DNA of 64,000 nt from Octopus bimaculoides (lineage: Eukaryota): contig NC_068981.1 of assembly GCF_001194135.2 (NCBI RefSeq), positions 120,892,242 to 120,956,241 on the forward strand, read 5' to 3'. The first letter of the stretch is position 1; the number at the start of each line of letters is the position of its first letter. The notes beneath the pieces were generated by a model. It was given only the letters and a program-made list of their open reading frames with translations, was not told the DNA's origin and made no database searches. Below, one piece after another: positions 14,329-27,998 of the stretch. A program made the position numbers and the translations under genes.

Positions 14329-17300
14329 TAATAATAATAAGGGCAGGTTAGTTTTTTTTTGTGTGGAATTAAGAACACAATATGTTATCTTATTAATTGC
14401 TGCCTTCATCTCAACTGACACACTGTTATTGTTTCCACACTTGTCTTGCTCCTTTCTTTCTTTAAACTCTCACAATAAAATACTACCACCACCAATACCA
14501 ATCTTATTAATACAGTCATCGACAGAAGCATATTAAAATCTTGGTATGTTTTCTTTTAAGACTGATTCTCTCTGCCTTTGTAACAACATTGTTTGCCTTT
14601 GCTGTCTTTTTTTCCTTTTTTACATTTTGTTAAACTCAATTATCATATTACCATAACAGAAAAGAGTGGATGCGTGCAATGCTATATGTCATTGACTACC
14701 ACCTCATCTGACAGTATCGTCTTCTTTGAATGTATAAGCAAACATTTGTATAATTTCTCATATCAACATGCTTTTACCCTCAAGCATTTCATTGCCAGTT
14801 GATTCTGCTTTTCTCTCCAAGAAACTCTGTCAGGAAATTAATATCCTCATTTTTTTGTTTTCCATTCTGTTCATTATCAAAACAATTCAGTAAGATCTAC
14901 CCTGCCCCAGGGTGTATGATGCTGATAGTGTGTGTGTATGTGTGTGTGTGTGGTGTGAGTGGTAGGACATCACATTGTATAAATGCTGTAAAGTTCATGT
15001 CACATCTATGGTTCTTCTTTATGTTCTCTTTGTTGGCTTTTGTTTATTGGCTTCTGTATATGATTCTGACTTGAAGCAATTTGTGATTTTAAATATGCAT
15101 ATACACACACACACCCACACACACGTGTGCACGCGTGTGTATATATGTATATGTGTGTGTGTGTATACCCATATGCATATATATATATATGTATATTTAT
15201 ATATGTGTGTATACTCCTATGCATACATTATACATCTATATATAAACATGCATATATCAATACATACATGTGTATATGTGTTTCAGCTACACCTTACCAA
15301 ACCTGTGTATGTGTCTATATAAGTCTATGTTAGTGTATATTTACGTGATTACTTATATATATAGCAATAAATGCATATTTGTGTATACATGCAATGACTC
15401 AAGGATAAAATTATTCTAATTTATTTTTGTAAGGTAAAAGAAATATTTCATTTTTTGCTCCAATAATGCAAATATTTGATTAAGATGAACAAATATCATT
15501 TTATCTCTTTCTTCCATAATTGTATGCACGTGTGTGTGCACGTGTGCATGTTTGAATAAAATATTTCCTTTTGTGTTGGTTTCACATTTATATCATCTAA
15601 TTCTATTGTATTTGAGTCATAACAGAGAATTTAGTTTCTGAATAGACTAACTTGTGATTTGATCCTAGTTATTGCAGTTTGTTACGATCTTTCATTTAAG
15701 GATCTCTTAGCTACTTTTCTTTGTTATTTTGTTAAAAAACGTAAATGAGAACAAATTGAATGTGTTCTAAAGAGAATATTTGATTGATACGGTACTAATT
15801 AACAAAGAACACTTTACTTCCTTCTGAGAATAACTAAATTAGCTACTGCCTCATTAATCTGATCTTAATTTCCAGTGCAGTTAGTTAGCAGAGCTGAATA
15901 AATTAAACAGATACTATGTTTATTATTGTCAAATCTAAAGAAAGTAGCAGAAATGTTAAAGTGCTATACCAAATGAACATCTAACTGAACTAGTTGTTCA
16001 TTTTCTTCTCTTTATGTTTCAAGTTAAAATCCAGCTGTGGATTGATTTTTGCATTTCATTCATCATCATCATTTAATGTCTGTTGTCCATGCTGGCATGG
16101 ATTGGATGGTGTGACCAGAGCTGGCAAACTTGGGGCTGCACCAGACTCCAGTCTGATTTGGCATCGTTTTTGCTGCTGGATGCCCTTCCTAATGCTAACT
16201 AGCGATGCACGGGCAGTTTTATGTGGCACTGCACAGGCGCTTTTACATGATACTGTGCAGGCACTTTTATGTGATGCCACATGAGCACTTTTACATGACG
16301 CCACATGAGCACTTTATGTGGCACCACCACAAAGGCTTTACACTGCCAGAAAGATCAGTCATAACACCTCTGCTACAGGGTCTTCTTGAGTATGATTAGG
16401 CACTAGGTATCTCAGTCCTTTGTTATTTTGCCTGAAAAGTTCAGCTTCCTGAGGTCGTTCTTCAGTACTTCGTCACATGTCTTCTTGGGTCACCTACTTC
16501 CATGTGTTCCATCCACTTTCAATAAAGAAACTGTCAAGGACCCGTTATTTATTGAACTTTGCAATGCCTTGGGAGGACAGGTTCAACACTTCTCACCAGC
16601 TTAAGTAAACCGAATATCAGGATTTGGTTGACAAGGCCTTTGTCAAAGGATAGCATATCCCTACTTGCCCTATTGATGTTGGCAGTTGTGGTTTTCTTGC
16701 TAGATTGTTGTCTTATTTCCTGCAGAAGATTGGCCTGGAAGCCAAACGACAGAAGTTAGTCACCAAAGAATTAGGGCAGCTGAAACTAGTTCATAGCAGC
16801 TGTGTTTGACAAGAGACTGCAGGTGGAACCCTTCTGCTGGTGAAGAATAATTCAGTCCTTGTTGCCCCATACAGGTGAAGGGTATAGACTTAGGGGTAAA
16901 ATGCTTGTGACTTTGAGTTATCTATAGATTCAGAAGAAGAGCTTACAAAACCACTGAGTTAGCTACTTCAGTCTCTGCAAGGAGTACAGCATCTCTGATG
17001 TTTATTTCATCTGATTGGTTCAGTTGCCTTCACTGCACTAATTCAATATTGTTATTTTGTTTCCAAAATAAAAAAAAATAAAAAATGCTATTTTGAAGGT
17101 TAAGGTCAGCAGAGTGGCAGAAAAGGGAGAGAATTAGACTGAAAAATTAGCAATTATTAAGTGACCAAATATTTAAATCATTAACCCTCTTGTGACTCTA
17201 TTTCTGAAAAAAAATTTCATCTCTGTGCTTCAATTAATTTCTGGAAATAAATAAATAAATAGAGAGCTTAACTAAAATAGCTAACTTTTCCATCATTAAG

Positions 17301-17581
17301 CAGGAATTTGAGACAATATTACAGAAAGATCTTATATAAAATATTGGTTTCAAATTTTGGTCAGAAATTTTGGGGGAGGGGTAGGGTAAGTTGATTACAC
17401 TGACTCCAGTGTTCAACTGGTACTTATTTTATTGACTCCGAAAGAATGAAAGGCAAAGTTGTCCTCAGTGGGATTTGAGCTCAGAACACAAAGACAGACG
17501 AAAAGCTGTTAAGCATTTTGCTTGGCGTGCTAACAATTCTGCTAGTTTGCCACTTTAATAATAATAGTAATAATAATAATG

Positions 17582-17620
<39 letters not shown>

Positions 17621-20344
17621 GTATTAATCCTTTCTACTGAAGGCTCAAGGCCTGAAATTTTTAGGCAGGGGTGACTAGTTGATTACATTGAGCCTACTGT
17701 TCAACTGATACTTATTTTATTGACCCCCAAAAAGATGTAAGGGAAAGTTAACCTTGGTGAAATTTGAGCTCAGAATGGGAAAATGGATGAAATGCCGCTA
17801 AGTATTTTGCCTGGTGTGCTAATGATTCTGTTAGCTCACTTCCTTCTTATATAAAATATTGATAGAATGTTTAACCCTTTTGTCACCATGTTTCTGTGAA
17901 AATACACTGCTTTTGTTTCAGATAATCTTAAACAGGTAAAAGAATTTAGTAAAATAACTCTAACATTATTAAGTTCATGTTTGGAACATAAACTAAAATG
18001 AAATTTTGATAGAAGGCTTTATTTTCAATCACTTTAAATACAGAACTTTTATCATAACATCAGACAGTTGATGTTAAAAAAGTTAAACTTATGTATAAAT
18101 TCTTGAAAACAGACAACTTTATATCATGGAAACAAGAGAGGTCTCAGTGGATTAGTATGAAAAGAATTAACCCTTTAGCATTCCGATTTCTTTATCAAAT
18201 GTATTTGCTTGTTTTTTAACATTGTTCTGAATTAATCATGCATTATCTTGTAGCTTCAAAATTTCAATGGTGCTTTTGTATATTTTAAAAATGACATTGT
18301 AGGGTAGATGTGAGAGTTTGGATCAGATCAGTTTTAACATAAAACAGGTAGAATATCTGGGCCGGATATGGCTGGATTAAATACTAAAGTAAAGCCATGT
18401 ACAAGCTCCTTTTTTGGCTAATGTAAGGCCTTAATACGAGAGAGAAAAAATTTCAAAAATATTAATAGATGATTAATATTATCCTTTCAGTTTTATTATT
18501 GTAGTATAGATTGGTAAAATGGGAGACAACTGCAGATGTATTTAAGAATTGCTAGGTTTCATCAACAAACATTTCTACGGCTGGATGCCCTTCCCAATCA
18601 CTTCACAGTGTGTACTGGGTGGTTTTAACATGGCACCAGCTCGTAAAAGCACCCATGCAGGTGCTATGTAAAAGCACCCCTGTGCTGGTGCCAGTGCCCA
18701 TGCTGGTACCACGTCAAAAGCACCCAGTACACTCTCTAAGTGGTTGGTATTAGGAAGGGCATCCAGCCATAGAAACCATGCCAAAACAGACAAAATAGAG
18801 CTTCGGCAGCTCTCCAGCTGGCTAGCTCCTGTCACACCATCCAACTGATGCCAGCACGGAGAATGGATGTTAAATGATGATGTTTCTATTTATGGCACAA
18901 GGTCCAAGATTTGGATAGATGGTGTTAGTTAGTTACATTGACTCTAGTACAATTATTTCTACCACATAGGAATTTGTGGGAAGGGATTAGTCAATTAAAT
19001 TGGCCCAATATTTAACTGGTACTTTATTTTGAAGAATGAAAGGCAAACTTGACCTCTGTGTAATTTGAACTAAGATTAACAATAATGGTTTTTAATACTG
19101 TGAACAGTTGACAAATCTGTGAATTTAGGTATATTTGGTTGAATCAAATCTCAGTCCATAACTGGTGTCCATTTTATAAACCCTAATGATATGAAGGTTC
19201 CAACAACTAAATTTCCTTCAGTTATTGCTGGTGACATGTAAAAGGCACCTGTACTGGTGAAATGTAGAAGGCACCTTTGCCAGTGATATGTAAAAGGCAC
19301 TCATGCCAGTGAAACATAGAGGACATCCATGCCAGTGACATGTAAAAGCTACTTGATACACTCTATGGAATGGTTGGCATTAGAAAGGGCATCCAGCCAT
19401 AGAAACCAAGCCAAAACAAACTGGAACCAGGTGCAGCTCTGTGGCTTACCAGCCCAGTCGAACCATCTAACCAATGCCAGCATGGAAAACAGACACTAAA
19501 TGCTGCTGTTACTGCTACCGCTGCTGCTAATGATTGCTCGAAGCATTCATCAGATGATATTTTAATGAAGGAGGTGTCTTGTTTTATTCTAAAGTCAGTA
19601 ATGAGATAAGTGATGTTTAATTTGGAAAGGAATGTTGGTTGCAGTCTTCTGATAGAGGGGATGGGTTTCATCTTTTTATTATATAATTTACCCGGTCAAA
19701 TGTGTTTTTGTGATGGAATTTCAGTATGATTTCCATCAATTCTTTCTCTGTTGTTATCCTGAAATTATTGCATCCATTTACACCTTTCAATTCAGTAAAG
19801 TTGACATCACAGCTTAGAAAGGGCATGATATCTTGACTGATTGTTCAATAACCATGACTCACAAACAGTCTTTCAGCTGTTATATGTGTGTGTTTATGAT
19901 ATATATAAATATGTATGTAAGGGAGTGAGTTGGTAGAGTCATTTGGACAAAGTATGTTGCAACATTTCATCTGTCTTTACAGTTTGAGTTCAAATTCCAC
20001 TTTTGTTGACTTTATCTGTTGTCCTTCCAGGGTCAATCAATTAAGTAGCAGTTGAGCACTGGAATCAATATCATCGATTGATCCCATCTTGCAAAATTTC
20101 AACACTTGTGCCTATATTAGAAATGACATGTGCATATATATATGCACATGTCATTTCAGCATTCGCCATGATAGATCGCTGACCACTACATTTATATATT
20201 TTTTTCTTTCCTTATTTCTTTCTGAAAGTTGAAGAGCGTAGGCTCGAAACGACAAAGACTTTCTCTATTCCCGAGCATTAAACTAATACATCCATTTGTT
20301 GTTTACACCACCTGTCTTCGTTTTATTTTTTTCGTAAGTTCTCC

Positions 20345-20386
<42 letters not shown>

Positions 20387-20723
20387 ATATGTCACATTCT
20401 TTACTACATATATATATATANNNNNNNNNNNNNNNNNNNNNNNNNNNNNNNNNNNNNNNNNNNNNNNNNNNNNNNNNNNNNNNNNNNNNNNNNNNNNNNN
20501 NNNNNNNNNNNNNNNNNNNNNNNNNNNNNNNNNNNNNNNNNNNNNNNNNNNNNNNNNNNNNNNNNNNNNNNNNNNNNNNNNNNNNNNNNNNNNNNNNNNN
20601 NNNNNNNNNNNNNNNNNNNNNNNNNNNNNNNNNNNNNNNNNNNNNNNNNNNNNNNNNNNNNNNNNNNNNNNNNNNNNNNNNNNNNNNNNNNNNNNNNNNN
20701 NNNNNNNNNNNNNNNNNNNNNNN

Positions 20724-20757
<34 letters not shown>

Positions 20758-20954
20758 CCATGATAGATGGCTGACCACTACATTTATATATTTTTTTCTC
20801 CTTGTTTCTCTCCTTATTTCTTTCTGTGTTCCTTTCAGTTGATGAGCGTAGGCTTGAAACATCAAAGACTTTCTCTATTCTCGAGCGTTAAACTAATACA
20901 TCCATTTGTTGTTTATACCACCTGTCTTCGTCTGTTGTTTTTTTCATAAATTCT

Positions 20955-20990
<36 letters not shown>

Positions 20991-21618
20991 CAGTCTGCAA
21001 ATGTCAAGGGTGGGCAGCATATTCCTTTATTTGACTTCATTTAAGGCATGACTATCTTCAATGAATTAAATAGGACCCATTTGCTTCAGAATTCATTGCA
21101 GATATTCATGCCTTAAGTGATATTGAACAAAGGAATGTGCGACCCATCCTTGACATCTGCAGACTGAATAGCAGAATAAGTCCAGCATCACCATGCACAC
21201 CTCCTCCCCCATATAACTACCATTCCTTCCCCTCTGCAAACCTAAAGTGTCTTAACTACTCTATAGTGTCTCTGTTCATTCAAAGCAATATAACTCTCAA
21301 ACCAGAGGATGAATAGAAGGAAGAATGGAGAGCAAGTCAATGAAGGAGTAATAAATATAATGTTGGAGTGAGAGAGTGAAGAGACAGAGTGATGGTACAA
21401 TGGATAAGAGAAAGGGTGAGTGATAGAGGAGGGTGAGTTACAGAGAGAGAGAGAGAGAGAGAGTGAGCAACAGAGAGATGGTAAATGAGAGAGAGAGAAG
21501 TAGAGGGTGAGTAACAGAAAGAGATGGTGAGTGAGAGAGAGAGGGTGTGAATGATAGAGGAGGGTGAGTTACAGAGAGAGAGAGAAAGTGACAGAGAGAG
21601 GGTGAGCAACAGAGATGG

Positions 21619-21670
<52 letters not shown>

Positions 21671-21705
21671 TAGAAGATGAGTGACAGAAAGAGATGGTAA
21701 GTGAC

Positions 21706-21736
<31 letters not shown>

Positions 21737-22337
21737 AAGTGAGAGAGTCTGAGTAGCAGGGAGTGAGGGTGAACAAAAGAGAAAGAGAGTGAATGACAGA
21801 GAGTGAAGGTGAGTGTGAGAGTGTGAGTGACAGAGACAAATGAATGATCAGTAAGTATCAAAGAGGGGGAGTATCAGAGCAGGTGGAGGCAGATGATGGA
21901 TTTAAAACTAGTCAATGGGGCGAATGTAAGTGGAGTGGGGCAGCAAATAGGATGTCATGGGGATATTTTGGACAATAAACTCAAATGAAGATATGTGCCA
22001 CCCAGCCCAGCCAGCATCTCTGTCATCATCAATGCTTAGGATGCCATTCTTGTACATGCAGACTGGTCTAATACGATCAAATATGTTGCTGCATCAACCA
22101 AGGCTAGAACACCTTTGATCATATATCAGCTCAGTCAGGAGTGACGTAGGGTTAAACAACAGCAGCAACAACAACAAAAGAAACCCTTATTTGTCTATAT
22201 GTAATTGCTTGACCAGGGATCAGTTTCAATTTTTCTTCCCTTAAGTGGGAATGATGTTCAAATACCATTGAAAATACCCAACAACAACATACCATATACA
22301 CATTTTGAAACTGTTTTGCTTTAAATTCAATATATGG

Positions 22338-22372
<35 letters not shown>

Positions 22373-25300
22373 TATGAAACACTTGCTGTATCTGCAGAGT
22401 TGTTTAGATTTCTGGTTTCCGGATGTAAATGTTTATTGATAATAATTCATGCTTACAAAAATTTCTTGATTTGATTCAATAATATTTATGTACAAATATA
22501 TATANNNNNNNNNNNNNNNNNNNNNNNNNNNNNNNNNNNNNNNNNNNNNNNNNNNNNNNNNNNNNNNNNNNNNNNNNNNNNNNNNNNNNNNNNNNNNNNN
22601 NNNNNNNNNNNNNNNNNNNNNNNNNNNNNNNNNNNNNNNNNNNNNNNNNNNNNNNNNNNNNNNNNNNNNNNNNNNNNNNNNNNNNNNNNNNNNNNNNNNN
22701 NNNNNNNNNNNNNNNNNNNNNNNNNNNNNNNNNNNNNNNNNNNNNNNNNNNNNNNNNNNNNNNNNNNNNNNNNNNNNNNNNNNNNNNNNNNNNNNNNNNN
22801 NNNNNNNNNNNNNNNNNNNNNNNNNNNNNNNNNNNNNNATATAATATGTGTATAAATATCAGCTTGACTAGAATGTTTACTGTAATTTACGTTTGATCTT
22901 TTTAGAAACAAAAGATAGGGAAAACAAAACAATAAATAAATAAATAAATAAATGAATAAATAAATAAAAGGACAAGAATACAAAGCAAAAATATAATTCT
23001 TACAACAGCAACAACAATGCTAGTAGCAGTGGTAGCCGTAGCAAGAACAAAGCATATTGGATTTTGTTAATCTTCAAGCTACGTTGGTGTATGTGTTAGA
23101 ATATGTTTGTGTGTATATTTAATGTTTATTCATGTGTGTGTCTGTGTTGTGTGTGACACTTGGAAATTATACCTATTTGTGGCATCATGTATCCAATTTC
23201 AGTCTATAGATCTTGTGAAATATTCTTTTGCTGGTTAGTGTGTGTGTGTATGGCATATCTATGCATCTATTCTTACATATGAATGTCATATGTATGCATC
23301 TCTTCATACATAAGAGTGTATGTTGGAGTGTTCATGGGGCTTGCAGTATGGAGAATGGACATTAAATGATGATGATATCATATTCATTTAATGACCACCT
23401 TCCATGCTGGCATGGGTTGGATGGTTTGACAAGAGCTGGCCAGGCAGAAGACTGCACCATACCTCTGTGTCTGTTTTGGCATGGTTTTTATGGCTGTATG
23501 CCCTTCCTAACAGCAACCACACCACAGAATGGACTGAGTGCTTTTTGATAATAGGAGTGGCTGTGTGGTAAGTAGCTTGCTTACCAACCACATGGTTCTG
23601 GGTTCAGTCCCACTGTGTGGCACCTTGGGCAAGTGTCTTCTACTATAGCCTCAGGCCGACCAAAGCCTTGTGAGTGGATTTGGTAGACGGAAACTGAAAG
23701 AAGCCTGTCGTATATATATGTATATGTATATATGTGCGTGTGTGTGTTTGTGTGTCTGTGTTTGTCTCCCCAACATTGTTTGACAAGCGATGCTGGTGTG
23801 CTTACGTCCCCGTAACTTAGCGGTTTGGCCAAAGAGTCCCGATAGAATAAGTACTAGGCATCCAAAGAATAAGTCCTGGGGTTGATTTGCTCGACTAAAG
23901 GCGGTGCTCCAGCATGGTCGCAGTCAAATGACTGAAACAGGTAAAAGAGTAAAGAGTATATGTGGGGTGTTGAAAAGTTCCTGGCTTTAAGGGTATCATG
24001 AAANNNNNNNNNNNNNNNNNNNNNNNNNNNNNNNNNNNNNNNNNNNNNNNNNNNNNNNNNNNNNNNNNNNNNNNNNNNNNNNNNNNNNNNNNNNNNNNNN
24101 NNNNNNNNNNNNNNNNNNNNNNNNNNNNNNNNNNNNNNNNNNNNNNNNNNNNNNNNNNNNNNNNNNNNNNNNNNNNNNNNNNNNNNNNNNNNNNNNNNNN
24201 NNNNNNNNNNNNNNNNNNNNNNNNNNNNNNNNNNNNNNNNNNNNNNNNNNNNNNNNNNNNNNNNNNNNNNNNNNNNNNNNNNNNNNNNNNNNNNNNNNNN
24301 NNNNNNNNNNNNNNNNNNNNNNNNNNNNNNNNNNNNNNNNNNNNNNNNNNNNNNNNNNNNNNNNNNNNNNNNNNNNNNNNNNNNNNNNNNNNNNNNNNNN
24401 NNNNNNNNNNNNNNNNNNNNNNNNNNNNNNNNNNNNNNNNNNNNNNNNNNNNNNNNNNNNNNNNNNNNNNNNNNNNNNNNNNNNNNNNNNNNNNNNNNNN
24501 NNNNNNNNNNNNNNNNNNNNNNNNNNNNNNNNNNNNNNNNNNNNNNCTTACTGGCCGCATCTCTGTACATGGCTCGCACAGCTCTCACTAGCCATTCTTC
24601 TATCCCAAGTTTCCTCATTGACCACCAGATAAGGGATCGGGGGACCCTGTCAAAGGCTTTCTCCATGTCAACGAAAGCCAGGTACAGAGGTTTATCCTTG
24701 GCTAGGTATTTCTCTTGCAACTGTCTCACTAGAAATAAGGCGTGAATCTGAGAGGGGGATATGTTGAATAAAATCATAATTAACTGATCCTCCTGTATTT
24801 TCTTTTACCCGAAGCCAGCAACATTTCAGCACCCCCTTGTATATATGTACATGTGTGTATATATATATAAAACACAGGAAGTGGATTTCATTGATGGAAA
24901 CCGAAAGAAACCTGTTATATACCCTGAACCCACCTCCCAACATGCCCTACTATGCAATTTTTACCATATTTGGTATTATTTTTTTTCTGCTACAGTTGTA
25001 ATTGATAATCAACTTTGTGTATCCCTCTTACCTCTTTTCAGATTTGGAACCAGAAATACATGATGATGAGGAACTCTATGAGTTGCAAGATGATGGCTTA
25101 CTACATCCTGTTGAGGCCTTTCCCGGTAAGTTTGTTACTTTTTGAATCATTTGTTGTATTTCTTTTGAGCATGCATCAGTGCTGCTGCCACTGCTGCTGC
25201 TACTCCTTTTCTACATACTGAGCAGGGCCATCTACCTGAAGGGGTTTGTGTTTTATGTACCTTCCTACTTATTAGGATTTTGGTTTTAGCTAGGTTGACT

Positions 25301-27958
25301 CTAAGGCCCTTCAATTCTAGACCTTGCTTCCACACCTGANNNNNNNNNNNNNNNNNNNNNNNNNNNNNNNNNNNNNNNNNNNNNNNNNNNNNNNNNNNNN
25401 NNNNNNNNNNNNNNNNNNNNNNNNNNNNNNNNNNNNNNNNNNNNNNNNNNNNNNNNNNNNNNNNNNNNNNNNNNNNNNNNNNNNNNNNNNNNNNNNNNNN
25501 NNNNNNNNNNNNNNNNNNNNNNNNNNNNNNNNNNNNNNNNNNNNNNNNNNNNNNNNNNNNNNNNNNNNNNNNNNNNNNNNNNNNNNNNNNNNNNNNNNNN
25601 NNNNNNNNNNNNNNNNNNNNNNNNNNNNNNNNNNNNNNNNNNNNNNNNNNNNNNNNNNNNNNNNNNNNNNNNNNNNNNNGGCTCACACAGCTCTCACTAA
25701 CCATTCTTCTATCCCAAGTTTCCTCATTGACCACCAGATAAGGGATCGGGGGACCCTGTCAAAGGCTTTCTCCATGTCAACGAAAGCCAGGTACAGAGGT
25801 TTATCCTTAGCTAGGTATTTCTCCTGCAACTGTCTCACTAGAAATAAGGCATCAGTAGTGCTTTTACCTGGCATGAACCCAAACTGCATCTCATCTAAAT
25901 TGATTCACTCCCTAATTAGTTGGGCTATGACCCTCTCTGTAACTTTCATAACCTGATCTAACAGCTTGATGCCTCTTATTTGTATCAGTTTCAAATTTTG
26001 TTACAAGGCTGGCAAAATTGGGGGAAGGAGTAAGTCAATGACATTAACCCTAGTGCTCAACTGGTGCTTATATATTGACCCCAAAAAAGATGAAAGGCAA
26101 AGTCAACATCAGTGAAATTTGAACTCAAAATGTAAAGACTGACAAGATGCTACTGAGCATTTTGCCTGGCATGCGAATGATTCTGCTAGCTTGCTGCCTT
26201 AAAATATATTAAAATATTGGTTTCAAAATTAAGCACAAGGCCAGCAAGTTCAGGAGAGTGGAGCTAGTTGATTGCATTGACCCCAGTTCTTAACTGGTAA
26301 CTTACTTTCTCAACCCCAAAAGGATGAAGGACAAAATCAACCTTGGCAGAATTTGAGCTCAGTGAGTAAAGATGGGCAAAATGCTACTAAGCATTTTGCC
26401 CTGTGTGCTAACAATTCTGCCAACTTGCTGCTTTGAAATAGATTAAAATAAAGAGCACATAATGTAGATAAGGTACCTTTTATATTTGTTTTAGTCATTG
26501 AAATGCAGCCACTGCCAAGGCCCTGCCTTGCAGGGTTTAGTTGGACAAATTGACCCTAGCACTTTACTTATTTTTTAAAGTTTTGTAATTGTTCTGTTAG
26601 CCCCATCTGCTAAAATTCTTTCTTCCTTCCTTCCCATTTAGAATGTGAGACCTGATAGTAATGACAAAATGTAGAAGCTGGTGCATTAGATGGGCTTAGG
26701 CTGGGTGGTGTTCAGTACTATACTTTTAACTACCTCTAATAACATGTCTGTAAGTGTTGGTGATCCACTAATCAATCAGACAACCTGTTTTGGGATGTAG
26801 TCTTGAACAGGATATTTTGTGATCAATGCTTCAATATGTCTCTTATTTTACATATGTAGAGGGTTGTTAACTGATGCATCTCTTTGCTTAACCCTTTAGC
26901 ATTTAAACAGACCATATCAGACCCAAATATTCTACCAGTTTTATGTTCAAACCAGCCAAATTCAGCCTCTCATATTTACCCTACAATGTCATTCTAAATA
27001 TAAAGAATCACATCATTGAAATCTCAAAGCTATGATTAAATGCATGATTAAATCAAAACAACACGAATGAATAAGCATTGCATTTGACAAAGTAATCTGA
27101 ATGCTAAAGGGCTAATGAGGAATTCCAATCAGTGGTCATTTGGAGTTGTTGGCATCCCTTATCTTTTACTTGTTTCAGTCATCAGGCTGTGGCCATGCTG
27201 GGGCACTGCCTTGAAAAATTTTTAGGAGTGGCTGTGTGGTAAGAAGTTTGCTTCTCAACCACATGGTTCCAGGNNNNNNNNNNNNNNNNNNNNNNNNNNN
27301 NNNNNNNNNNNNNNNNNNNNNNNNNNNNNNNNNNNNNNNNNNNNNNNNNNNNNNNNNNNNNNNNNNNNNNNNNTAACAAAAGACTGTTACTCGGAGTTTC
27401 ACGTTCCCGTTCATCGGACAAATAAATAAATAAATAGTTGAATTAAATTTGGGTGAAAACTTTGCAGTTTGCTATGAAAAGCTTGTCTACAGTTATTGTC
27501 ATCATACACTGGGGATACTCCTGTCACTGGATATACATCTGGAATTCCATAGTATATGTATAGTTTATATAAAGAGATAATCCCCTGAAGAAATAATTTT
27601 TATATTTTTGAGGGGTGATAGTGATTGCACATGTTAATTATATCATCTCATCAATGTAGTACAGGTGTAATAATGTGTAGGAACAACTGTAGTGAAATGA
27701 AATAAAGAACGTTGTTGGATTCATTTTCTCTTATTCATCTCACTCTCTGAATAAATATGTGTGTGTGTATGCATGTATGTATGATAGGTGTCTTTCAGGT
27801 TTCCATCAGCCAAATTGACTTGCAAGGGTCAGCCCAAAGCTATGATAGAAGAGAATTGTCCTAGGTGTCACACAATGAGACTGAATCCTGAACCATGTGG
27901 TTAGGAAGCAAACTTCTTACCATGCAGCCATGCCTGCACTTTTTGAGTTCTCCTATCA

Positions 27959-27998
<40 letters not shown>

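Noticed and set aside
16205-16330. Tandem units of about 20 bp resembling a CRISPR array (also 19230-19350, 56730-56850)
   Set aside because: No unique spacers, degenerate units, eukaryotic context; these are internal expansions of repeat family C.
23553-23625. tRNA-like sequences with B boxes at SINE heads
   Set aside because: They are SINE promoters without cloverleaf or acceptor stems, not tRNA genes.
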